Part shown: in pieces, positions 39,166 through 51,428 of the stretch | Numbering within the stretch: position 1 is the first letter of the stretch | How the letters are laid out: each line of letters opens with the position of its first letter | DNA from: Octopus vulgaris | Lineage: Eukaryota | Assembly: GCA_951406725.2 (NCBI GenBank) | Contig: OX597816.1 | Coordinates: 165,974,001 to 166,038,000, forward strand | Direction of reading: 5' to 3' | DNA: 64,000 bases | The notes under the pieces: generated by a model | Told to the model about the DNA's origin: nothing | The model's input: the letters and a program-made list of their open reading frames with translations, nothing else | Database searches by the model: none | Position numbers and translations under genes: made by a program

Positions 39166-39302
39166 CAAGCGCGAAATAGGGGGAAAGAAGAATAGTGAAA
39201 TTCAAAGAGAGCACGTCAGACAGATTGAAGAGAAACTTCGGCATGGTCAGTTTTGGAGAGCCCCTGAAAAAGTATGTGGAACAAGATCCTGGGTTTGGTT
39301 AA

Positions 39303-39804
39303 CCTCTTGACAACGGTTGACGCAAATATGCGATCACACTTTTGCTTGCCTACCCGCGGTAATGTAAATATACGATGTAGGGCTGCCCTACATCTATCAC
39401 GGACATTTTAGCGGCTGGCGTATGTTTTACGTTCGCTATCGTGTATTTTATCTCTTTAGGTGCGAGCACTCGCCGTATCGTGCATTATCTTAGCTATTTT
39501 AGGTTACGTTCAAGTCATGAGACTAGCAGTAGACCAATGACATGCGGATACTTTACATGCATAATACCGAGTTTTGAGTTGTACCACACGTAAGCTATTT
39601 TTTGAACTTGAGCAGAATAACTCGTGCATATCATATTATGATAAATAACTTCGCCTTGTTCGTTTTCATAAGGTTGACTTTATTGTAACAGTGAACGGAA
39701 ATAGACGCGAGCTCGTTGGCACTTGTGTGTTTGTGTAGCCTCATTAGATAAAAAAAATCCGGAGCAGTGTCTCGCATGCTTCGGGTACTACCGGCATCAA
39801 GGGG
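39303..39804. mobile_element. Non-autonomous piggyBac-type element
   Basis: TTAA at 39299-39302 and 39805-39808. Imperfect TIRs CCTCTTGACAACGGT / (rc) CCCCTTGATGCCGGT. Removing it rejoins the Dong reading frame region. Confidence 0.75.
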
Positions 39805-39912
39805 TTAAAAGAAAAGGGGTAATTAAAAAAAAGAGAGAAACAGTGGGCCTAATTATAGCAACCCAAGATCAAGCGATAAAAACAAACAACTTAAGTAAAA
39901 TATATATATATA

Positions 39913-40140
39913 TTTCTTTACTGCCCACAAGGGGCTAAGCATAGAGGGACAAACAAGGACAGACAAACGGATTAAGTCGATTACATTGATCCCAGTGTTA
40001 AACTTGTACTTTATTTATCGACCCCGAAAGGATGAAAGGCAAAGTCGACCTCGGCGGAATTTGAACTCAGAACGTAACGACAGACGAAATACGGCTACGC
40101 ATTTCGCCCGGCACGCTAACGTTTCTGTCAGCTCAACGCC
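39913..40140 (-). mobile_element. SINE family A inserted in the Dong element
   Basis: Full-length reverse complement of family A. Confidence 0.9.
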
Positions 40141-40771
40141 ATATTGAGTAAAAATAAATATGGAGAGAATGTGTCAGAAAAATATAAAGGGACGAGAAAG
40201 TGGTGCACATTGTGAAAGAATGCTCCATGTTGGTACAGGAATAATATACGAAATAGAACCAGGATGTAAAAGTTTTACATTGGAAACTTTGCCAGAAATG
40301 GGGATTTGGAGTCGGAGAAATATCAGATTTTATTGGACTTTCTTATTCAAACGGACAAGTTAGAAAATAAGAGACCGGACATAACAATTATAGATAAGAA
40401 AAAGCGAAGTTGCTTACTAATCGACCCACTCGTTGGATTCCAGGATCGTAAAGAAAGAAGACGGAAAATAAAAAAATACTATCCCTTAAAATTTGAAAGA
40501 AGAAGAATTTGGAAAATGGAAACTGTAAAGTTCGTGCCTATAATAACTGGTGCGTTGGGAACAGTAAGACAAGATATAGACAAATGGCTGAAGGAGATTG
40601 AAATAGAATGCTCGGTAGAGCTCCTACAAAAAGTTTGTCTCTTGGGGACAGCAAGAATTATCAGGAGGGTTCCAAGCACTTGAAAGACTCCTGAAAACTT
40701 GTGGATACCTAAGGGAATAGGTAGTAACCCGCTACCAGCATAAATCCTACCAGGAATAAGAGCCAAACCAA

Positions 40772-40841
<70 letters not shown>

Positions 40842-40845
<4 letters not shown>

Positions 40846-41217
40846 TGCTTTCTAATTGATGTATCAATACCGGCTGATGACAACGTGTCTCTAAAAGAAA
40901 TGGAGAAACTCTCAAAATACAAAGACCTGGAAATAGAGGTAACTAGAATGTGGAATCTGAAAACAGAAACAATTCCTATCATAGTAGGTGCATTAGGCAT
41001 GATAAAAAATATTCAGACAAATACATAACAAAAACACCAGGACTTACAAACACATATAACATACAGAAAATTGCACTACTAGGCACTGCACACATCCTAC
41101 GCAGAACACTTTCCATACAATAACCATCAGAGCATCACAACAAATCACAGCACATACCCAAGGCACACAGAGCTGCGCTCGGTAGTGAAGTGAAAGCACG
41201 CTATAAAAATAAAACTA

Positions 41218-41220
<3 letters not shown>
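40842..41220 (+). mobile_element. Second R4/Dong-type 3' end between (AAT)n tracts
   Basis: KCFLIDVSIPADDNVSLKEMEKLSKYKDLEIEVTRMWNLKTETIPIIVGALGMIK..IQKIALLGTAHILRRTLSIQ*. Confidence 0.88.
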
Positions 41221-41299
<79 letters not shown>

Positions 41300-41612
41300 T
41301 TTCATGCAGGAAGTGCAAAAGATAGTCTTAACTGGTACGTCACATGTATTGAGAAGAGCATTATCGCTGTGAATTTTCTTTCCTTTTCCCTCTTTATTTC
41401 TTTTTGTTTCGTTTTTTTGTTTTCATTTTTCTTCTTTTTTCTTTTCTTTTTCCCTTTTCTGTCTTCTCTTTTTCTTCTATCATACGATTTTGTAAATGCA
41501 CAATCTGCAGTCTTTATTTTAATGACCTTCCAATGTATACAGTGAGTTTCTTTGCCCTAGGTGTCGGGAAGACACTCGGCAAGAAATGGCAACAAAATTG
41601 TAAGAAGAGTGT
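41300..41612 (+). mobile_element. Third R4/Dong-type 3' end between (AAT)n tracts
   Basis: MQEVQKIVLTGTSHVLRRALSL* plus a 3' UTR shared with 60320-60660. Confidence 0.8.
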
Positions 41613-42462
41613 AATGATAATAACGATAATAATAATAAAAGATACAGTTATGTAAATTGGCTCGTTTAGACGTTTGTACCTATGCATGGGGTCACAGTGA
41701 AAGCAGTACATCAGCTAGTGCTGGGAGAGGGTGTAGACCGTCCTGCGCTTCTTCCTGTACGCCAAAGGCCAGACCATTCCCAGTTTGGCCGATTTGCCAT
41801 CCCAAGTTCAGAACATCATTATTGATTGATTCTAGCCGAGATCAAAGTCAATTACTTTATTGTTAACAACATTTCATCATCGATTACGTGTGTTCATTAT
41901 TGTAGAACATTGGCTACTAATAATATCAAAGTTATTTTTATCTGTATCAATGTGAAACAGCATGTGCGCTTGTGAGTGGGTGCTGCATGTGTGTCTGTCT
42001 CACTGAGCCTGCATGCGTGTGTGCCTCCGTGCATGTGTGCGTGCGTGTGTGTGTCTGTATATTTGAATATGAAGGTGTAAGTGTATGCGATGTGTGCATA
42101 TATGTCTGCATATATCCCTGTGTTTGTCTATGCATGTGTGTATGCATGTACCTTTGTGGATGTGTGCTGTGTTTGTATTTGTGTCTATATCTATGTGTAT
42201 GTTTGTAGGTGTATGAGTGCGCATGTGTATATGTATTTCTATGCGCGATAACGTGTGTTTCTGTGTGTGTTCGTGTGTGTATGTGTGCATCTGTGTATAT
42301 GCATATACGAAGTCTGATCGACAAGTATCCGGACTGTTGCCATAGTAACGAAGATAAAGCACGCAGAGTAAAGTCGCTTCGCACAGACTGATCTTGACCT
42401 CTGTGGTGCATGCACACTAAGTTTTAACGTTCTAGCTCACTTCCGCTGTTTAAGGAAGGAAA

Positions 42463-43200
42463 GTGTCGCGTGTTTACGGGTCGTCTGCTGCTGGAGAGGA
42501 CCAACCAGGTAAAGGACCTGGGTATCTTGGTGGATTCTTCCTTTTCGCCGTCGGCTTAATACGTCCATGCTGCCGACAAAGCATGCGGAGTTCTGTTTTT
42601 CATTCGACGGTCATTCGGAATGCTCACAGCAGCCATATTCCTACCGCTCTATGTCACGCTGTTGAGACCCATATTGGAGTACGGGATTCAAGCCTCTTCT
42701 CCTTATCTCCTCAAAGACATACATCATCTTGAAAGAGTCCAGAAGCTGGCTACCCGCATGGTTCTTAGTCTCAAGCATTTGTTTTATGAAGAAAGGCTGA
42801 AGACGCTCGACCTTTATTCTCTAGAAAAACGCCGACGCCGTGGTGATCTCATTCTTGCTCACAACATCATAAGCAGAAAGTGTAACCTTTCGAAAGAGCT
42901 GTTCTTCGCTCCTGCTCCAGAGCGTCGGCTGCGGGGGTCACTCCGAAAAGCTCTATCTGCGACGATTTCATCTCAATCGAAGGAAAGGGGCTTTCTCCGT
43001 CCGGGTTGCGGATCCGTGGAATAAGCTGCCGGACGAGATAGTGAAGATGCCCACGACCGCTCGGTTCAAAGTCTCTCTTGACCAGAAATGGCCTGAACTC
43101 TTTGCATGAACACCCTCCCTGTACTTAACTCCATGTCCTCCTACATGGCCTTGGTTTTTGCTTTTTGAGCCAAAAAATTAACTTAACTTAACTTAACTTA
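42463..43200 (+). mobile_element. CR1 LINE, 5'-truncated, with (AACTT)n tail
   Basis: VKDLGILVDS..FLPLYVTLLRPILEYG..PYLLKDIHHLERVQKLATRMV..YEERLK.L.LYSLEKRRRRGDLI..FSVRVADPWNKLP..FKVSLD. Confidence 0.92.
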
Positions 43201-43425
43201 GCGTGTGATTGTCGCATTGACTATGACAGAGAAAGTTGTCATGGCGATACCTGCTCAGAGGTTTGTGCAAAGTTGCAGAAAGTGTATGGAGAGGGGTGTA
43301 TGAGGTGCACACAAGTGTACGAGTGGTTCAGACGTTTCCAAGATGGCCGAAAAAAAATGTCGATATTGACGAACGTTCTGGGAGACCCGCAACAAACAGA
43401 ACTGAGAAAAACATACAAAACTGAA
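43201..43425 (+). mobile_element. mariner transposase N-terminal fragment
   Basis: KLQKVYGEGCMRCTQVYEWFRRFQDGRK(fs)VDIDERSGRP, a Mos1-type HTH. Confidence 0.8.
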
Positions 43426-43442
43426 AAAAACAAATGCAAAAC

Positions 43443-43625
43443 AAGGCGGTGAGCTGGCAGAAACGTTAGCTCACCGGGCAAAATGCTTAGTTTTATTTCG
43501 TCCGTTTTTTCGTTCTGAGCTCAAATTCCGCCGAGGTCGACTTTACCTCTCATCCTTTCGAGGGTCGATAAACTAAGTACCAGTCGAGTTCTGGGGTCGA
43601 TGTAAGTGACTAGCCACCATCCCCC
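43443..43625 (+). mobile_element. SINE family A variant
   Basis: AAGGCGGTGAGCTGGCAGAAACG head. An older copy follows at 43857-44035. Confidence 0.82.
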
Positions 43626-43649
43626 AAAGCGACGTAAGCTTAAATAATA

Positions 43650-43703
43650 AACCGCGATAGGTGAACCGTGATAGTTGAACCGCGATATGGTGAGGGATTA
43701 CTC
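43650..43703 (-). mobile_element. pogo/Tigger-like MITE terminus
   Basis: Reverse complement of the CAGTAATCC..CCATATCGCGGTTCACCTATCGCGG terminus seen at 57695. Confidence 0.55.
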
Positions 43704-44614
43704 TATTATGATTAATGACACTGAAAACATCAAAAATGAGGCTAACTAATTTAATGCCCTAATAATTCTAATGAATAAGTATTATAACATTGATGTGATA
43801 CTTACTGTGTACCTACTTTTGCACACACCTGTATTTTTATGTTGGGACATATTTTAAAGGCAGTCACCTGGCAGAATCGTTATCATGTCGGACGAAATGT
43901 TTAACTGCATTTCTTCCATCGCTTTACGTTCAGAGGTCAAATCCCGCCGAGGTCACCTTTGTCGTTCATCAACTTCGGGGTCGGGAAAATTACGTACCGG
44001 TCAAATGCTGGATTCGATGTAATCGATTTGTCCCTTGCGTCAAAATGGCTCGCCTAGAACTTGTAACGGTGTCCCGTTCAAGAGGAGAATTGTGATCTCG
44101 GTCTCTTACACGCCACGGAAACGGGAAATTAGTCTTCTGTGTCCTAGGGCCCAAGAAAAAATAATACAGAAATGCATTTTAAATATGTTAGTTTCTCCAG
44201 TTGTTGTCTGGCATCAGTAACGGTTATACGTGTGTGTGCGCGTGTGTGTATAGATAGATTAATAGATATGCATATAAGTATATACGTATGTATGTCGGTT
44301 GGTATGTATGTACATACTACGCAGTATAATTAATATAATCAGTTGCATAAGACTTTAAGTATTTGACAAGATGGTGGACGAAGTCGACAGAACTGCAGTA
44401 ATAGAACAATGCTATGTGAAATAAGCAACTATTCTTGTTAGTTATGAGGTGTGTAGGTGTAATGATATAGGAAAAAAGTGATAAATGCATACATACAAAT
44501 AGTGAAATCCAAATGGTCGAAGTAAAAACAGCTTTTTAGCCTCTGGCAGAGACAATACTTGAATAAATAATACAAGAGGGGCGCGGTAATCAATGAACGA
44601 AGTTTATTACACTT

Positions 44615-45022
44615 TACTCTCTTTTTTACTCTTTTATTTGTTTCAGTCATTTGAGTGTGGCCATGCTGAGGCATCGCCTTTAGTCGAGCAAATCGACCCC
44701 AGGACTTATTCTTTGCAAGCCTAGTACTTATTCCATCGGTCTCTTTTGCCGAACCGCTCAGTGACGGGGACGTAAACACACCAGCATCGGTTGTCAAGCG
44801 ATGTTGGGGTGACAAACACAGACACACAAACATATACACACACATACATACACATATATATATATACATATATACGACGGGCTTCTTTCAGTTTCCGTCT
44901 ACCAAATCCACTCACAAGGCTTTGGTCGGCCCGAGGCCATAGTAGAAGACATTTGCCCAAGGTGCCGCGCAGTGGGACTGAACCCGGAACCATGTGGCTC
45001 GTAAGCAAGCTACTTACCATAC
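44615..45022 (-). mobile_element. SINE family B, near full length
   Basis: Colinear reverse complement. Confidence 0.9.
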
Positions 45023-45769
45023 AAGCAATGTATTCAATATATGTGGCCCATTTGCGAAATTACGTAGAAGTTCTGATGACAGCTGCTATACAACTCCAGT
45101 ATATATCAACAAAGCTTGTTTACTAAGCGATAAATAAGTCCCTTAATGAAAGGAGTAGCATAGGTAGTCATGTACTTCATGTGTTTGAAAAGGAGCACGG
45201 AGCTCATACTACGTACTTTAAAGGGCTAAGTAATTATTCAGTGCTCTTTCCTATCGGTTACTTGCAATTTCTATGCTGCAATGAATTCGCCAAGAGAAAG
45301 CGGGGGAAATATGTACAGTCGAACGGAGAGTGAAAGTAGGAACTGATCAAATAGCCAGTTCAGTGCCTCTTCTGTAAATAACTTCAGTGACGGAGAATAG
45401 GGTATGGTTATAAGGTCTATTCTTTTCTATATAAATTTATTTATGGTGTGGTTCTTCAGTGATTAATACTTTCACTATATGGTTATAAAGCTGAAAAAAA
45501 GCGCCATAGTGGACAAGTCAGCTTACAACACGGAATGTTAATTACTTAAACTCCCGTGTTGCATATCTATATGCGTGTAATCAAACTTCTTTGTGTGTGT
45601 GTGTGTGCGAGTGATGGCATGTACGTACCTATTTTGCATTCTTTTATGTAGTGACGTATGCATGCAGGAGTGCGTGTGGACAAGTAATTTGCAAATGGCG
45701 CCTTATCTGGTGCTTTATACATCAGTTTCTTATCATTTCATCTTTGCGCGCGTGAAGGCTTCTGCGCGT

Positions 45770-45830
<61 letters not shown>

Positions 45831-45946
45831 TGGCATGAATGTATATTCTTTGTATATATATTTGTGTATAAGTATATTGTGCATTGGTGCATCTTCAGCG
45901 AGGTAGTATGAGTTTTAAGAAGTTCAGTTCCTTATTTGTGTATGTG

Positions 45947-46133
45947 CGCCATGATAGATCGTTAGCCACTACACAAATTTTGTTCTCTCCTTGTTTTTTC
46001 TGAGTACCTTTCTGTAGAAGAGCGTAGAGTCAAAACGTAAAAGACTTTTTCAATTCCTGAGCGATATACTAATACATCTGTTTGTTTTGTGCACCACCCG
46101 TCTTCGTCTTTTATTTTTTTTCGTAAACTTTCC

Positions 46134-46137
<4 letters not shown>
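45947..46137 (+). mobile_element. Family H2 element ending in (TA)n
   Basis: CTTT-CTGTAGA-a-GAGC-gtag-AGTC-AAAAC-GTA-AAAG at 46008-46043 (decayed). Confidence 0.72.
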
Positions 46138-46170
<33 letters not shown>

Positions 46171-46208
46171 CATACATACATACATACATACATGCATGCA
46201 TACATACA

Positions 46209-46295
<87 letters not shown>

Positions 46296-46385
46296 GTATG
46301 TATATATATATATATATATATATACGTATAAATTGAGGATATTATCATTAAAATGATTGTATCAGTGGCTAGCGTAAAAAGACCA

Positions 46386-46426
<41 letters not shown>

Positions 46427-46601
46427 AATTGAGATAGGGGTTGTAAATGCAACCCCCCATGGGATAACATATATCCAATATACTGCTCGTGAAGTACCCA
46501 ACGAAGTTAATACATAAATGTTAATGATTGCGATGCAATTAATTCATTTACTGTATTATATGGGCAAAGGTAAAATGATTTACCACAAATTACTAATACA
46601 A

Positions 46602-46981
46602 GATAAGAAAATGGAGAAATACATCTAAATCAAATATCAAATACCAGATAATACTCAATCACATACTTTATTAAACCACCACATAAGAGACTGTAGGGTT
46701 AAACATAAAAAAGCAGAACAAATCAGTGTACATAAAGGAATGTACATAAAAGGGTATACATAAAAGAGTAATGTTGTATAATAAGTAGAATATATATAAA
46801 AGAGAAACAACATTACTCTTTTATGTACACTTTTTTATGTACATTCCTTTATGTACACTGATTTGTTCTGCTTTTTATATTTAACCCTACTGTCTCTTAT
46901 GTGGTGGTTTAATAAAGTATGTGATTGGGTATTATCTGGTAATTGATATTTGACTTAGATGTATTTCTCCATTTTCTTATC
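46602..46981. repeat. Long inverted repeat (arms 46602-46777 / 46807-46981) within a (TA)n-bounded island
   Basis: ~175-bp arms with few mismatches and a 29-bp spacer. Confidence 0.9.
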
Positions 46982-47149
<168 letters not shown>

Positions 47150-47923
47150 GGCTTCTTCACACGCCGTGGTCTCACAGCACACTGAACATTAACCCTGAGG
47201 TTATAAGTCCCAATTTATTGCCTGATAGGCTTTTAACTTACATAGTGTTTATAGCAGTCTATGCTGTGATTCGAACTTAGAATCTTTTGGTTTCCAAACT
47301 TTAAAAGTTGAAGCCGGTATTTTGCCACGTCAGCAAAAATGTGACTAATGGTTTCCTAGGATTTTGGAAACCTGGTCAAGAAAACTCTCGTGTATGATGA
47401 CGTCAAAAAAATCTAGCCAATGGCGTTCAACAGCTTATCAGCGAAAGTTCAAACGAATCGAAAATTGTTGGTTTAAAAATCAGTCAACCTTTGATTACAC
47501 TTGCACAAAGAGTAGCGGATAACATGCTGGGAAACAGAGTCAGACGAATACAGTCACAGACTTGATCGGGTCAGTGATCAATAAGCAGCGAACTGATACC
47601 GGGATGCAAGATGTTAACAAGTAATGACATTAAGCTGGTAAATAATAGGGTTGTGAGCGTAGAAGCATGGCTGCAAACGAAATTCTTTGCCTATCTGATA
47701 TTACCGCCAAAATGCCACCAGAACTTCAGTCATGCAAATAATTTCTGTTCTGTTTTAACAACCTGACTATGAACAAAATGTGAACGCCACGCTAGTCGAT
47801 AAACTGTTGATAAACTGGAGTGGTTACCACTCCAGTTTATCAGCATTCATCACCTCACGGAAAAACCCCAACAAGTTCATCCGTCGTTTTATAACGAATT
47901 AGTTTTGTCCTGCAGGGTTTATA

Positions 47924-48262
47924 TTGGGTTGTCCGAAAAGTTCGTGTCAATTTTTAAAGGAAAGAAAGGGGTCAATAAATACTTGCCATTACACTTTTAA
48001 TCAACCAAATATGAACCATTTTGTTGCACAATGCGTCTCCATCTTTCCTTCAACTTGAAAATACCCTCTTCCTAGAATTGAGGTTGTTTTATGGCAAAGA
48101 ATTCATCAAGGTATCTTTTTACGTCATCCAAGGAATTGAAATTTTTACCATTAAGACTATTCTGCAGAGACCTGAATTTGTGGAAATCCGAAGGAGCAAA
48201 ATATGGTGAATATGGAGGGTGGGGTAACACATCCCAGCCGAGCTGCAGCGATTTCTGTCTGC
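47924..48262 (-). mobile_element. mariner transposase C-terminus and right TIR
   Basis: Minus strand reads LGWDVLPHPPYSPYFAPSDFHKFRSLQNSLNGKNF..GIFKLKERWRRIVQQNGSY. End is TA|TTGGGTTGTCCG. Confidence 0.9.
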
Positions 48263-48312
48263 TTCCAAAAGCATCAAGTGCCGAAAATGAACCTCTTATC
48301 TTCCATTTTCAA

Positions 48313-49052
48313 GGGTCAGTGGTTAGAGCGCCGAGCTTACGACCGTGAGGTTGTGAGTTCGAATCCCGGACCAGGCTGCGTGTTGAGTTCTTGAGCAAGA
48401 CACTTTATTTCACGTTGCTCCAGTTCACTCAGCTGTAGAAATGAGTTGCGACGTCACTGATGCCAAGCTGTATCGGCCCCTTTACCCTTCCTTTGGATGA
48501 CATCGGTGGCGTGGAGAGGGGAGGCCGGTATGCATGGGCGACTGCTGGTCTTCCATAAACCAGGAGTGGCTGTGTGGTAAGTAGCTTGCTTACCAACCAC
48601 ATGGTTCGGGGTTCAGCCCCACTGCGTGGCATCTTGGGCAAGTGTCTTCTACTATAGCCTCGGGCCGACCAAAGCCTTGTGAGTGGATTTGGTAGACGGA
48701 AACTGAAAGAAGCCCGTTGTATATATGTATATATATATATATATGTGTGTATGTGCGTGTATGTTTATGTGTCTGTGTTTGTCCTCCTAGCATTGCTTGA
48801 CAACCGATGCTGGTGTGTTTATGTCCCCGTCACTTAGCGGTTCGGCAAAAGAGACCGATAGAATAAGTACTGGGCTTACAAAGAATAAGTCCCGGGGTCG
48901 AGTTGCTCGATTAAAGGCGGTGCTCCAGCATGGCCGCAGTCAAATGACTGAAACAAGTAAAAGAGTAAAAGAGTAAAAGAACCTTACCCGGACTTGCCTC
49001 GGCGGGTAACTTTCTAGGTGCAATCCCATGGTCATTCGTGACCGAAGGGGGT
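48313..49052 (+). mobile_element. Tail-D SINE interrupted by a SINE B copy (48561-48979)
   Basis: Flanks ...CTTCCATAAAC | AACCTTACCCGGAC are contiguous in the 31050-31380 copy. Confidence 0.88.
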
Positions 49053-49862
49053 GCAATCTAGAAATCCTTAAAACTGCAATATTCGTTTTGAGAGAGCTTC
49101 TCGTGTAGACGTTTGTAATCAATGTATATTAGCAGACGATGATTAAATTTTATTTATTAATGTAAACCACAGATTTTGAGCAATTTTCCATAAATACCTC
49201 GTAAAACACCCTTGCTTAGTTTGTATTTTCAACCTTCAACATTTAGGTTGGATCGAAACTTTTGTTTGTAGATTCTATCTAAAAGAGACACACGTTATTC
49301 TTATACAATGGCAGACGTTAGCGACCTTTTAAAGATGTCAAAATCAACAAGTAATCAAGCAAATTGTTACGTTGTTAAATCATTATATTATCAGGTTCAC
49401 AACAGAGAGAGGGGGTAAAAATAGGAGGGAGAGATACAGACAAGCACAGAGGGAAACAGTCAAACATACACGCATGCACATACTGAGAGACAGACAGAGA
49501 GACATAGACAGATACTGAGAGAGAGAGAGAGAGAGGTGGGGAGAGCGAGTGAGAAAGAGAACTGGATGTGTTAGCAAAACTGGAATGTTACAAATAAATG
49601 AACCTTCTAATGAAATACAAAAGTTAGAATCTGTATTACAGTCCTGAGATATGTAATTATGTCACGTGGTCATATCAGCAGACTGGTTGCTGGAAAGCTT
49701 CGCTTGTTTTTATACTACAACCTTGGCTTCTAGTCTACTACTTTCATTGCTGCTGCTGCTGCTGCTGCTGCCAATGCTGCTAATGTTGCTGCTGCAATAG
49801 GCAAGTTCATGGCTAACATAGTGGGGTGAGACAAGATAATTTTTTGATTAAAATTAAACATA

Positions 49863-50245
49863 TAGGCGCAGGAGTGGCTGTGTGGTAAGTAGCTTGCCAC
49901 ATGGTTCGGGGTTCAGTCCCACTGCGTGACACCTTGGGCAAGTGTCTTCTACTTATAGCCTCGGGCCAACCAATGCCTTGTGAGTGGATTTGGTAGACGG
50001 AAACTGAAAGAAGCCTGTCGTGTATATGTATATATGTGTTTGTTTGTGTCTGTGTTTGTCCCCCCAACATCGCCTGACAACCGATGGTGGTGTGTTTACG
50101 TCCCCGTAACTTATCGGTCGGCAAAAGAGACCGATATAATAAGTACGAGGCTTACAAAGAATAAGTCCTGGGGTCGATTTGCTCGACTAAAGGCAGTGCT
50201 CCAGCATGGCCGCAGTCAAATGACTGAAACAAGTAAAAGAATAAA
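49863..50245 (+). mobile_element. Full-length SINE family B
   Basis: Head, short central tract and 3' domain. Confidence 0.9.
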
Positions 50246-50803
50246 ACAAAATAGTATAATAATCAGAAAGATTTATTAAACTTGATTATCAATTTCAATC
50301 AAGAAGCGAATCTAGTGCTAAATGACCTTAATAAAATCCGGGCGATAAAATGGTTGAGTCGTTAGAGCATCCAGTAGGATGTTCCGTACTGTTTTTCACC
50401 CGACGCTCTGTGTTCCGCGTTCAAACTAGGCCGTAACTAACTAAGCATTTTATCCTTTCAGAATCACAAAACAAAAAAATAAATTAGAAATTAAAGGAGG
50501 TGGGGTGTCAGAAGTGTAAGAGTGTTGGACAGGATGCCTTGCGGTATTTGTTCCAGCCGCCCTGCATTCTGAGTTCAAATCCTACCTGGCCGGTAGATTG
50601 AATACTTAATACAGTTTATCCTCAACACCTGGCACCATAGATGTCTTTAGCGGCGCAGACTGTGTTACATGCATTCTGGTCAGGTTACTGATTTGGTGAT
50701 AACTTCCTTCGGCCATGCTCGTCGGCCCTCTGAAAGACTAAGAGCACTTCCTGTCATACTGAAATATATAATCATCATCACTTTAATTATTGTTGTTGTT
50801 GTT

Positions 50804-51360
50804 AAGGCGGCGAGCTGGCAGAATCGTTAGCACCCCGGGCGGAATGCGTAGCCGTATTTCATCTGGCGTTACGTTCTGAGTTCAAATTCCGTCGACTTTG
50901 CCTTTCATCCTTTCGGGGTCGATTAATTAAGTACCAGTTACGCACTGGAGTCGATATAATCGACTTAATCCCTTTGTCTGTCCTTGTTTGTCCCCTCTAT
51001 GTTTAGCCCCTTGTGGGTAGTAAAGAAATAGGTATTTCATCCGTCTTTTACGTTCTGAGTTCAAATTCCACCGAGATCGGCTTAGCCTTTCATCCTTTCG
51101 GGGTCGATAAATGAAGTACCAGTTGAACACTGGAGTCCATAAAATCGACTAGTCCTCTCCTCCAAAATTGCTGCCCTTGTGGCAAAATTTGAAACTAGGC
51201 GCAGGAGTGGCTGTGTGGTAAGTAGCTTATTTACCATCCACATGGTTCCGGGTTCAGTCCCACTGCGTGGCATCTTAGGCAAGTGTCTTCTGCTATAGCC
51301 TCGGACCGACCAAAGCCTTGTGAGTGGATTTGGTAGACGGAAACTGAAAGAAGCTCGTCG

Positions 51361-51428
<68 letters not shown>

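Larger units (their letters stand above)
39180..40772 (+). mobile_element. R4/Dong-type non-LTR element 3' part (RLE), split by two insertions
   Basis: KLRHGQFW..SWVWL|..ETVGLIIATQDQAIKTN|..DFLIQTDKLENKRPDITIIDKKKRSCLLID..KY.PLKFE..VPIITGALG..LQKVCLLGTARIIRRV. Ends at (AAT)n. Confidence 0.85.
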
